64,000 nucleotides of DNA from Macrostomum lignano (Eukaryota). The position numbers and the translations under genes are program-made. The notes beneath the pieces are model-generated. The model saw nothing but the letters and a program-made list of their open reading frames with translations, did not search any database and was not told where the DNA came from. Of this stretch, positions 1 to 12,466 are shown piece by piece; within the stretch, counting starts at the first letter, position 1; every line of letters begins with the position of its first letter. The stretch is from NCBI GenBank assembly GCA_002269645.1, contig NIVC01000616.1, positions 446,636 to 510,635 of the forward strand, in the 5' to 3' direction.

Positions 1-2
1 TT

Positions 3-3000
3 GAGCAGGAGATCTCCTCAGACGAGGCGGATGAAGCTGCATCGGGGGATCGCGCTGAGCACATCAGGCCGATATTTGCGGGAGTCTGCATTCACGTTGA
101 TGGGTACACTGAGCCTCCGGCGCATGAACTCAAGCGGCTGATGCAAAAATACGGGGGCAGGTGCGACCCTCGGTTTTTTATAATTCAGTTCAAAAAATTT
201 TACTATCGTCTGGCTTGACAATCTTATTTGGAATTTCTCCCAGTTATACGAGATACTTGAGAATCTCCCCCAGTTTACCATCTAAGGATCTGCCCAATTC
301 CCCTCTAAGAGTCTTCAAAATTCCTCTCTTAGAATCTCCCCAATTCCCCTCTAAGAATCTTCCCAATTCCCCTCTAAGAATCTTCCCAATTCCCCTCTAA
401 GATTCTTCTCAATTCCCCTCTAAGAATCTTCCAAATTCCTCTCTAAGAATCTTCCCAATTCCCCTCTAAGAATCTTCCCAATTCCCCTCTAAGAATCTTC
501 CCAATTCCCCTCTAAGAATCTTCCCAATTCCCCTCTAAGAATCTTCCCAATTCCCCTCTAAGAATCTTCCCAATTCCCCTCTAAGAATCTTCCCAATTCC
601 CCTCTAAGAATCTTCCCAATTCCCCTCTAAGAATCTTCCCAAATTCTCCTCTAAGAATCTTCCCAATTCCCCTCTAAGAATCTTCCCAATTCCCCTCTAA
701 GAATATCCTAAATTCCCCTCTAGGAATCATCAATTCCTCTATACGTTCTACTAGCTCGTAGAAGCCGGTTTTGGCTGCTGCTAAAAGCTTGTGTCTTATC
801 TCCCCAACTCCCCTCTGAGAATTTCTCAGTTGCCCCTGTCGCCGGCCACCGCAGGTATGCTCATTACTACAGCAGAGCTGAGGTGAGCCACACTGTAGCA
901 AGCCAGCTGGCCACCAGTAAGCTGAAGGCCCTGCAGCCAGACCGAATAGTGGTGACACCGCGGTGGATCACCGACAGTCTGAAGGCTGGCAAGCGTCTGA
1001 ACGAGGCGCCCTACAGACTGCGGGTCGGTCAGGAGGCGCCGAACCCTCCGCCGCCGAGCTGCTCGCCTTCGAAGGGAGCCTCAGCCGCGATGGGCCGGCC
1101 TGAATACATCGGGCAGTTCTATGCGAACAGCAGGCTGCACCATATCTCTGCTTGGGCAGGTGGGCGATTATCTTCTTATCTTAGAAATAATCCTATCTGA
1201 TAAGCAACGATAATCCAACATGAGAATCGCCCCAATCTCACTTGAGAATCGCTCCAATCTCACCTGAGAATCGCCTAATCTAATTTGAGAATCGCTCCAA
1301 TCTCACTTGAGAATCGCTCCAATCTCACCTGAGAATCGCTCCAATCTCACCTGAGAATCGCCCTAATCTCACTTGAGAATCGCTCCAATCTCACCTGAGA
1401 ATCGCCCAATCTCACTTGAGAATCGCTCCAATCTCACCTGAGAATCGCTCCAATCTCACCTGAGAATCGCTCCAATCTCACCTGAGAATCGCCCAATCTC
1501 ACTTGAGAATCGCTCCAATCTCACCTGAGAATCGCTCCAATCTCGCCTGAGAATCGTCTAATCTAATTTGAGAATCGCTCCAATCTCACTTGAGAATCGC
1601 TCCAATCTCACCTGAGAATCGCTCCAATCTCACCTGAGAATCGCCCTAATCTCACTTGAGAATCGCTCCAATCTCACCTGAGAATCGCCCAATCTCACTT
1701 GAGAATCGCTCCAATCTCACCTGAGAATCGCCCAATCTCACTTGAGAATCGCTCCAATCTCACCTGAGAATCGCTCCAATCTCACTTGAGAATCGCTCCA
1801 ATCTCACCTGAGAATCGCCCAATCTCACTTGAGAATCGCTCCAATCTCACCTGAGAATCGCTCCAATCTCGCCTGAGAATCGCCTAATCTAATTTGAGAA
1901 TCGCTCCAATCTCACTTGAGAATCGCTCCAATCTCACCTGAGAATCGCTCCAATCTCACCTGAGAATCGCCCAATCTCACTTGAGAATCGCTCCAATCTC
2001 ACCTGAGAATCGCTCCAATCTCACTTGAGAATCGCTCCAATCTCACCTGAGAATCGCCCAATCTCACTTGAGAATCGCTCCAATCTCACCTGAGAATCGC
2101 TCCAATCTCGCCTGAGAATCGCCTAATCTAATTTGAGAATCGCTCCAATCTCACTTGAGAATCGCTCCAATCTCACCTGAGAATCGCTCCAATCTCACCT
2201 GAGAATCGCCCTAATCTCACTTGAGAATCGCTCCAATCTCACCTGAGAATCGCCCAATCTCACTTGAGAATCGCTCCAATCTCACCTGAGAATCGCTCCA
2301 ATCTCACTTGAGAATCGCTCCAATCTCACCTGAGAATCGCCCAATCTCACTTGAGAATCGCTCCAATCTCACCTGAGAATCGCTCCAATCTCACCTGAGA
2401 ACGATTCCAACTCTACAAAACCCAGGGAAAGCGCGCCAGCTGGTGGCAGACATGCGGGCCGCAGGCGCCGCCAGATTCCCCGGCGCCGATCGGCTGCGCG
2501 CCATGGCCGAGGCCGAGCGCAGCGGGACGGCCGCCGCCGGTCGAGAGCAGCCGCAGCACCAGCGAGTTGTGATGCACATCGACATGGACTGCTTCTTTGT
2601 CTCCGTGGCGCTGCTCACCCGGCCGGAGCTGCGCGGCAAACCAGTCGCCGTGTCGCACGCTTCGACGTCGTCGCGGCAGGCGTCTGGGGACGCCGGGGGC
2701 AGCAGTGACAGGCTGAGAGCCAGACGAGGCGCCGACCCAGACTGGGAGATGCGGCAGTACGGCGGTGCTGTGGCGTGAGAGACTTATTTTGGGCCTGTCG
2801 TGATTGAATTCCGCTCCCCGATCCGCCCCTCGATCCGCTCCCCGATCCGCCCCTCGATTTAACCCCCGATCCGCTCCCCGATCCGCCCCTCGATCCGCTC
2901 CCCGATCCATCCCTCGATCCGCTCCCCGATCCGCCGCTCGATCCGTCCCTCGATCCGCTCCCCGATCCGCTCCCCGATCCGCTCCCCGATCCGCTCCCCG

Positions 3001-6000
3001 ATCCGCCCCTCGATCCGCTCCCCGATCCGCTCCCCGATCCGCTCTCCGATCCGCTCCCCGATCCGCCCCTCGATCCGCTCCCCGATCCGCTCCCCGATCC
3101 GCCCCTCGATCCGCTCCCCGATCCGCTCCCCGATCCGCTCCCCGATCCGCCCCTCGATCCGCTCCCCGATCCGCTCCCCGATCCGCTCCCCGATCTGCCC
3201 CTCGATCCGCTCCCCGATCCGCCCCTCGATCCGCTCCCCGATCCGCCCCTCGATCCGCTCCCCGATCCGCTCCCCGGTTCGCCCTCGATTCGCTCTACCC
3301 CCCACAATCCGCTCTCCCCAACAGCTGCGCACAATGCAGATGCTCATTCCCCATTCTGCTCCCAACCCGCAGCTCAGAGAAGGCCAGTTGCGGCTCCCTG
3401 CACCAGTCCTGGTCCGAGGTGGCCTCCTGCAGCTATGCGGCTCGGGCCTGCGGCGTTCGCAACGGCATGCTGCTTGGCCGGGCTCGCGAGCTGTGCCCCG
3501 AGCTCATCACGGTGCCGTACGAGTTCGAAGCCTACGAAGCCGCCTCCAGCCAGCTGTACCGCCTGCTCGGCGAGTTCACGCACAGCCTGCAGGCGGTCAG
3601 CTGCGATGAGCTGTTTGTTGACTGCGGCGAGCTGCTCAGGGAGACGGGAGCGTCGCCTGCCCAGCTGGCCTGTCTGGTGCGCAAGGAGGTGCAGGAGCGG
3701 ACTGGAGGCTGCACTGCCAGGTGAACTGCTAACAGGGACTACTAAGTAGATGGACGAGAAAACGATACGTTTCTTGGAAATTTTAGGAGGCCGGTTTTTT
3801 TATCATTCTTATAGCTTTCTGATTAAGACGTAGTTCAAACTTCCTTGACTACTGATAGTAGGATAATTAGAAATGAGTTGCGTCCTTAGAAGTCCGTTTT
3901 ATCTGATGTTTTAACAATGCGATTTAGTTATTAATTTTGCCGACAAAACCCGACTCAGCTGCGGCCTCGGCCCCAACCTGCTGGTGGCCCGCCTGGCAAC
4001 CAAGCAGGCCAAGCCGGACGGCCAGCGGGTGCTGCTGGACCCGGCCGGGATCGCCGAACTGCTGCGCGACCTGCCGGTCCGCGAACTGCCCGGGGTTGGA
4101 CGCGCGCTGGAGGCCCGCCTGACCAGCTTGGGTTTCGGCACCTGCGGCCTGCTGCGCGGCGCTCAGGTGTCCGCGCTGGGCCGCGAACTCGGGCCGCGGG
4201 TGGCCCAGACCCTGCTGGATGCGGCCAACGGGCGCGACGACCGGCCGGTGCTGGCCGAGCGCGAGCGGAAGTCCATCTCGGCCGAGATTAACTACGGCGT
4301 CCGATTCCAGACCATGGCCGACTGCGAGGCTTTCCTTGACGGGCTGTGCCGCGAGCTGCAGGCCAGAATGCGGGCGGCTAAAGTGCGTGGTAGGGCCATG
4401 CATTTCAAGGTAAGATATTGCGCTTGCTATGCTGTTTTCATTCGGTTGCTAGGTGGTTGCTATGCTGTTTTCATTCGGTTGCTAGGTGGTTGCTATGCTG
4501 TTTTCATTCGGTTGCTAGGTGGTTGCTATGCTGTTTTCATTCGGTTGCTAGGTGGTTGCTATGCTGTTTTCATTCGGTTGCTAGGTGGTTGCTATGCTGT
4601 TTTCATTCGGTTGCTAGGTGGTTGCTATGTTGTTTTCATTCGGTTGCTAGGTGGTTGCTATGCTGTTTTCATCCGGTTGCTAGGTGGTTGCTATGCTGTT
4701 TTCATTTGGTTGCTAGGTGGTTGCTATGCTGTTTTCATTCGGTTGCTAGGTGGTTGCTAGGCAGATTTCATTCGGTTGCTAGGTGGTTGCTATGCTGTTC
4801 TCATGCGGTTGCTATGCTGTTATGCGGTTGCTAGGTGGTCGCTAACTTTTAATTAACAAGTTTTCGTCATCGATGCGCCCAATGCTCTACATATCGATTC
4901 TGGAATTCGATCTGGGATAACAATTCCGTGTTGTCATTGCAACCGCACCGCAGGCTATGATGCGCCGGTCAGATGCTCCGCAGGAGACGGCGAAATTCGG
5001 CGGCCACGGCGTCTGCAACACCGTCAACAAGAGCGTCGCACTGCCGCTAGACACCGACGATGCCAGACTGCTGCTGCAGGAGTGCATGATCATTGTGCGC
5101 CAGCTCCGCTTGGCGCCGCAGGATATGCGCGGCTTGGGCATCCACATGACTCGACTGGTGCCGGCGACTACCGGTTCCGGCGGAAGCGGCTCCAGCGGAG
5201 GAGGCGGCGGAGGCGGGCGGTCCATGGATATCAGCCGTTTTGCCAAAAAGGTTAATCCTTTCGCTGCTAGCGGATCTGCTGCGAGCTCTCTATCTGGCGC
5301 CACTTCCAGTTCTATGTCTGGCGCCACTTCCGGTTCTATGTCCGGCGCCACTTCCGGTTCTATGTCTGGCGCCACTTCCGGTTCTATGTCTGGCGCCACT
5401 TCCGGTTCTATGTCCGGCGCCACTTCCGGTTCTATGTTCGGCGCCACTTCCGGTTCTATGTCTGGCGCCACTTCCGGTTCTATGTTTGGCGCCACTTCCG
5501 TTTCTATGTCCGGTGCTACTTCCGGTTCTATGTCCGGCGCCACTTCCGGTTCTATGTCTGGCGCCACATCCGGTTCTATGTCCGGCGCCACTTCCGGTTC
5601 TATGTCTGGCGCCACTTCCGGTTCTATGTCCGGCGCCACTTCCGGTTCTATGTCTGGCGCCACTTCCGGTTCTATGTCCGGCGCCACTTCCGGTTCTATG
5701 TCTGGCGTCACATCCGGTTTTCTCTCTGGCGCTGCTTCTGGTGCTACTTTCAGCTCTGCTTCTGGCACCAGTTCTAGCAATACCTTCGGTGGCCCGTCAG
5801 GCGCTACTTCCGGTGCATCGTCCGGTGCATCCGGTGCAAAACTGCTTGGCCGCAAGGCTTCATCCAACTGCTATTCCAGTGACAGAAACAAAGTGACAGG
5901 AAAGGCAAATTTCTTTGCAAATGCCGCGGGTCCAAGCCTGATAGAGGAGGAAGAGGGCGACGAACGGGCCGACAGTCCAGCTGTGTAAGAGCCACTGCTT

Positions 6001-9000
6001 CCTGTTTCCGGCTCTGCTTTGGTTTCACAAAACTGAACTTAGCCTTGCTTGTGCGATGCTAGATTTATTGCTTGGCTGCCCCTGGAAGCAGTGAGGCTGG
6101 CAGTCTGCGCCACCGGAAACTTGAGCCGCGTGAGAGCGAGAGAGAGAGAGTTTTATTTTAGAATAGTTTATCCGATTCTGATCATCTGTGTTACACTGCC
6201 TTGAGTGAGGCTTGCGTTCTTGTGAGTGCCAGTATGACTGGGGTGTATGAGCGATGCTATGACTGGTGTGTATGAGCGATGCTATGATTGGTGTGTATGA
6301 GCGATGCTATGACTGGTGTGTATGAGCAATGCTATGACTGGGGTGTATGAGCGATGCTATGACTGGTGTGTATGAGCGATGCTATGACTGGTGTGTATGA
6401 GCGGTGCTATGACTGGTGTGTATGAGCGGTGCTATGACTGGTGTGTATGAGCAATGCTATGACTGGTGTGTATGAGCGGTGCTATGACTGGTGTGTATGA
6501 GCGGTGCTATGACTGGTGTGTATGAGCGGTGCTATGACTGGTGTGTATGAGCGGTGCTATGACTGGTGTGTATGAGCAATGCTATGACTGGTGTGTATGA
6601 GCGGTGCTATGACTGGTGTGTATGAGCGGTGCTATGACTGGTGTGTATGAGCGATGCTATGACAGCTGTGTATGAGCGGTGCTATAACTGGTATGTATGA
6701 GCGATGCTATGACTGGTGTGTATGAGCGATGCTATGATTGGTGTGTATGAGCGATGCTATGACTGGTGTGTATGAGCGATGCTATGATTGGTGTGTATGA
6801 GCGATGCTATGACTGGTGTGTATGAGCGATGCTATGACTGGTGTGTATGAGCGATGCTATGATTGGGGTGTATGAGCGATGCTATAACTGGTGTGTATGA
6901 GCGATGCTATAACTGGTGTGTATGAGCGATGCTATGACTGGTGTGTATGAGCGATGCTATGACTGGTGTGTATGAGCAATGCTATGACTGGGGTGTATGA
7001 GCGATGCTATGACTGGTGTGTATGAGCGATGCTATGATTGGTGTGTATGAGCGATGCTATGACTGGTGTGTATGAGCAATGCTATGACTGGTGTGTATGA
7101 GCGATGCTATGATTGGTGTGTATGAGCGATGCTATAACTGGTGTGTATGAGCGATGCTATGACTGGTGTGTATGAGCGATGCTATGACTGGTGTGTATGA
7201 GCAATGCTATGACTGGGGTGTATGAGCGATGCTATGACTGGTGTGTATGAGCGATGCTATGATTGGTGTGTATGAGCGATGCTATGACTGGTGTGTATGA
7301 GCAATGCTATGACTGGGGTGTATGAGCGATGCTATGACTGGTGTGTATGAGCGATGCTATGATTGGTGTGTATGAGCGATGCTATGACTGGTGTGTATGA
7401 GCGATGCTATGACTGGTGTGTATGAGCAATGCTATGACTGGGGTGTATGAGCGATGCTATGACTGGGGTGTATGAGCGATGCTATGACTGGTGTGTATGA
7501 GCAATGCTATGACTGGGGTGTATGAGCGATGCTATGACTGGTGTGTATGAGCGATGCTATGATTGGTGTGTATGAGCGATGCTATGACTGGTGTGTATGA
7601 GCGGTGCTATGACTGGTGTGTATGAGCGATGCTATGACTGGTGTGTATGAGCGATGCTATGATTGGTGTGTATGAGCGATGCTATGACTGGTGTGTATGA
7701 GCGATGCTATGACTGGTTTGTATGAGCGATGCTATGACTGGTGTGTATGAGCGATGCTAATGAATGATTGGTGTGTAAGAGCGGTGCTATGACTTGTGTG
7801 TATGACCGATATATGATCCATGTCATATATTACCACTAGCCATTCACAATACTAGCATTCACCACCAGCCATTCACAGTGCTAGCATTCACCATCAGCCA
7901 TTCACAATGCTAGCATTCACCATCAGCCATTCACAGTGCTAGCATTCACCATCAGCCATTCACAATGCTAGCATTCACCATCAGCCATTCACAATGCTAG
8001 CATTCACCATCAGCCATTCACAGTACTAGCATTCACCATCAGCCATTCACAATACTAGCATTCACCATCAGCCATTCACAATACTAGCATTCACCATCAG
8101 CCATTCACAGTGTAGCATTTACCATCAGCCATTCACAGTACTAGCATTCACCATTAGCCATTCACAATGCTAGCATTCACCATCAGCCATTCACAATACT
8201 AGCATTCACCATCAGCCATTCACAATACTAGCATTCACCATCAGCCATTCACAGTGCTAGCATTCACCATCAGCCATTCACAATGCTAGCATTCACCATC
8301 AGCCATTCACAGTACTAGCATTCACCATCAGCCATTCACAATACTAGCATTCACCATCAGCCATTCACAATACTAGCATTCACCATCAGCCATTCACAGT
8401 GCTAGCATTCACCATCAGCCATTCACAATGCTAGCATTCACCATCAGCCATTCACAATACTAGCATTCACCATCAGCCATTCACAGTACTAGCATTCACC
8501 ATCAGCCATTCACAATACTAGCATTCACCATCAGCCATTCACAATACTAGCATTCACCATTAGCCATTCACAATGCTAGCATTCACCAGCAGCCATTCAC
8601 AATGCTAGCATTCACCATCAGCCATTCACAATGCTAGCATTCACCAGCATGTTGACCACCGCAGCCCCTCAGCAGCGGACTGCACTCAGTACGACCTGTC
8701 CTCGGCCCTCTTGGACTCCGGTGCTCCACAAATCGACGAAGATTTTCTTGCCGCCCTGCCGGACTCCATGGCCACTGCTATCCGAGCTCAGCTCCGGGAC
8801 CGGGACCAGAATCGGGATCGGGATCAGGATCGGGATCAGGTGGTCCCGCTGCCAGCCGCCTCCCAGCTCAGCCAGTCCTGTCTGGCCGCCCTGCCGCCGG
8901 AAATCCGGGCCGAGCTGGATGCCGCCTACGCTGCCGAGGAGCGGCAGAGGCTGAGAAGGGAGCAGCAGCCGCAGCTGCCGCCACCGCCGCTGCGCAAGGC

Positions 9001-10290
9001 TGGACGGGGCAGGCCGAAGGGCAGCAGGAATCGAACCCATGCCGCTCCTGCTGGCGGGGCTGCTGGGTTGGCTGGAAAGTCCGGAGTCTCCAGGTGAGAC
9101 TCGAGATCGTGTCTCTGAGTTTTTTGTCTCTATGAGATTTTGGCTTCGTCTCAGAGATTTTGGCTTCGTCCCTATGAGATTTTGACTTTGTCTCTGTGAG
9201 ATTTTGGCTTCTCTTTGAGATTTTGAGTGTGTCTCTGAAATTTTGAGTGTCTCTATGAGATTTTGGCTTCCTCACTATGAGATTTTGGCTTCGTCACTAT
9301 GAGATTTTGGCTTCGTCCCTATGAGATTTTCGCTTCGTCTCTATGAGATTTTGGCTTCGTCCCTATGAGATTTTGGCTTCGTCTCTATCAGATTTTGGCT
9401 TTGTCTCTGTGAGATTTTGGATTTGTCTGTATGAGATTTTGTGTGTCTCTCTATGAGATTTTGGATTCATCTCTATGAGATTTTGTGTGTTTCTATGAGA
9501 TTTTGAGTGTGTCTCTGAGATTTTGGGTGTGTCTCTATGAGATTTTGGCTTCGTCTCTATGAGATTTTGGCTTCGTCCCTATGAGATTTTGGCTTTGTCT
9601 CTTTGAGATTTTGGCTTCGTCTTTATTAGATTTTGACTCTGTCTCTATGAGATTTTGGATTCATCCCTATGAGATTTTGGCTTCGTCCCTATGAGATTTT
9701 GGCTTCGTCCCTATGAGCCCATGCCGCAACCCCGCCTCAATTTCCAGGACGGCCCCCCAATCGTCCAGGAAGAAACCCGGCGTCAAGCAGCTGACTGTGG
9801 CCGAGATGTTTCGCAGACCGCAGACCGCGCCTCCCTCGCCGCCGCCGCCGCTGCCGCCACCGCCGCCGTCACCGCCGATCTCCTCGACAGTCGAACCCGA
9901 GGCCGCTACCGATGTCGCCGCAGCGGCCACGGCCGAGGCGGCGGTCGACCACCTCGACGCCGGCTGTCTTGACGGGTCGCCGCCGCCGCTGTTGCTTCGT
10001 CCGCCGAGTCTCTGCGGTCGCGGCAGGCGACTTGCCGACCTCCGCCGGCTGCTGACCGACTGGACAGCCTCGGCTGAGTCGCCGCGTCCAGCCGACGAGC
10101 GCCTGCTGCTGCGGTTCTTCCTGGCCCACCTTCCGGATCACCTGACCCGGCTGTACCGGCTGGTGCGCCATTTCAAATCCGTGGCCGAGGCCGCGGGGGC
10201 GGCTGGGCTGCCGCCTGCGCTCGGCTGGTGGCCGCGGTTCAGGCTGGAGTGGCCCGGCACATGTCCGGGTCGCAACTGGCCTTGTGTTGA
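3..10290 (+). CDS. REV1: DNA repair protein REV1 (Y-family deoxycytidyl transferase), 5'-partial. Exons about <1-160, 855-1159, 2426-2774, 3373-3720, 3959-4409, 4954-5984 (possibly split by an intron from 5251), 8665-9093, 9748 or 9769-10290 (frameshift near 10195-10199)
   Basis: BRCT domain (PIFAGVCIHVDGYTEPPAHELKRLMQKYGG|RYAHYYSR...VTPRWITDSLKAG); N-digit FYANSRLHHI; catalytic motifs VMHIDMDCFFVSV and AVSCDELFVD; EVASCSYAAR; ARLATKQAKPDGQ; ETAKFGGHGVC; two UBM-like motifs (QIDEDFLAALPDSM, CLAALPPEIRAEL); C-terminal four-helix domain. GT-AG sites with matching phases were read directly from the sequence. Confidence 0.95.
261..740. repeat. 23-nt minisatellite (AAGAATCTTCCCAATTCCCCTCT)n in REV1 intron 1
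   Basis: Tandem copies visible directly. Confidence 0.95.
1222..2400. repeat. 21-22-nt minisatellite (GAGAATCGCTCCAATCTCACCT)n in REV1 intron 2
   Basis: About 50 tandem copies with recurrent variants. Confidence 0.95.
2810..3290. repeat. 12-nt minisatellite (CCGATCCGCTCC)n in REV1 intron 3
   Basis: Tandem copies between donor 2775 (GTGAGA) and acceptor 3372. Confidence 0.95.
4425..4835. repeat. 33-nt minisatellite (GCTATGCTGTTTTCATTCGGTTGCTAGGTGGTT)n in REV1 intron 5
   Basis: About 10 near-perfect copies between donor 4410 and acceptor 4953. Confidence 0.95.
5281..5780. repeat. 24-nt repeat (TCTATGTCYGGCGCCACTTCCGGT)n, in frame with REV1 (SMSGATSG units)
   Basis: About 18 tandem copies; the REV1 frame stays open across them. 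Confidence 0.95.
6233..7800. repeat. 25-nt minisatellite (GCTATGACTGGTGTGTATGAGCGAT)n in a REV1 intron
   Basis: About 60 tandem copies. Confidence 0.95.
7835..8648. repeat. 29-nt minisatellite (AGCCATTCACAATGCTAGCATTCACCATC)n in a REV1 intron
   Basis: About 28 tandem copies ending just before acceptor 8664. Confidence 0.95.
9110..9715. repeat. About 22-nt degenerate minisatellite (CTATGAGATTTTGGCTTCGTCY)n in the last REV1 intron
   Basis: Tandem copies. Confidence 0.9.
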
Positions 10291-10956
10291 CTTGGTTGCT
10301 ATGGTGTTTCTAAGGCGGCTTGGTATGGTTTTGCTGTGCTGTTACTATGGTGTTGCTATGCTGTTACTATGATGTTTCTGTGCTGTTACTATGGTATTGC
10401 TATGCTGTTTCATTGGTGTTGCTATGCTGTTACTATGATGTTGCTATGCTGTTTCTGTGGTGTTGCTATGCCGTTGCTGGGTTGTTGCTGCACTGGATCT
10501 GTAGGACATACCACTGTAGCCATATAATGCTAATTAACTTCGTGCCTTTTCAAAACTGATTTTCAACTTGGGGTTGCGAACAACCCGTTTCTCTGCAGTA
10601 CTTCTGCGGCTGAGTGACGCAGATGATGCAGCTCTCGACTGGCAGATTTCTGTAATTTTATTGACGTCAGGAATTCGCTTGGCTGCTTCGGCTGCCGAAT
10701 TAAAGTGCATTTCAGTGCACCCGCACCAATACATTTTTGCGTAGTTTAAGCAGACTTTCTCGCAAGAACTTTGCCTCGTAAATTGCACTGATTTACCGTT
10801 ACTTAGTGGTTATAAGTCCGATTGGTGTATAAATATATTTTTATCCAGGCATTCTCTTTTGCACGAACTTCATTTATTTTTTTCATTTAACGAAGTTAAA
10901 ACAAAACTTCCTTTGTCTTCGTTAATTAATGCATTTAGATTTCTCGTAACTCTCCT

Positions 10957-11285
<329 letters not shown>

Positions 11286-12466
11286 TTCAGTCTGTGTTCC
11301 AATTCGCAGCAATCTTCAGCCTTGCATGTCTGCATTGCTGCCCCAATTTCGCATTTCACCTGCCTGGCACTGCAACTCCTGTGCCCCATGGCGGACTTCC
11401 TGTCCATGGTTTTTCTATTCTTCGATCGAATTTCCAACCAAGAAGCGGTCTGCAGCAGTCGCCCCCGTGACACACAGAGGCCAGGTTTGCAGCCGCAAGC
11501 CGCACTGCAACGCAGATAATTTATGCCGGCTGACACCTGAGATCTGATAGCAACAGGCTGCCAAAGAACTGAACGCAAGACTTCTGCGGTGTAGGTAATA
11601 ATTCTGTAGTATATTTCGCTTACACATATTTATATTCTAATGAGCAACATGTACGTAGAGAGAAGCCGTTTAGTGCGCGATCGCGGCAGATAAAATTTCG
11701 AATTTCTCTTAATAAAAAAGCTATCAAGAATTCTGTGTAGCACTGATGTTATCACAAGCATTGGTTGGGGTTGAGTCTGTGTGCTCAGCACCACAGTTTG
11801 GCAATACGACTACATACAACAGCAGCAAATTTTCATTAAAATTGCATCTAGAACTGTACTAGAGCGGAATTTGTTGCACAATATAAAAGGTGACAGCCAT
11901 TGACAGCAAAGAGCTGCAGATGTGCATCAGCAGTAACCATTTGCAAGCTGCCAATGTTATACTTTCCTGCTAGTGTTAAAACACAGCAAGTAGATAATTG
12001 ACTTCGCTGTTCTTGGAAAATAGCACGTGACAACAAAAACATGAATACTAGAAATTCGAGTTTGGAAATTGGTAGCTAAGAAGCGGCATTACATGTAGTA
12101 ATGAGTAATTTCACAATGCGTCAAAGATGTGTACCGATATGTACAGTGCTGGGCGCCGCTGGGACATTGATGGTAAAATTGACTTTGAAATTTCGAATGA
12201 GTATCGGATTAGTGTTGAGTCCATTGTAGAGAAATGCGGCCCATGAACAGGGCCTTATAAATTGATTGATTGATTCGCTCCGAGGCAGGTAAATATAGGA
12301 TTATGGCAGTATTGACCAGGCTGGCATTCAATTATGGATTTTTCTAGGTGGCCGAAGCCGCGTGCTTGTTTATGAGAGGAGCAGATAGGAACAATTGCAA
12401 AGCGTGGCGGGCTGGTATGTACATCCGTGAGGAGCTGTGTACAGGCAGGCACCTTATTGACTCCGC

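Noticed and set aside
2804-3372. SAPR-repeat N-terminal part of ORF 2804-3724
   Set aside because: It lies between a good donor (2775) and acceptor (3372) with matching phase, and the upstream exon frame hits a stop at 2776-2778, so it is intronic.
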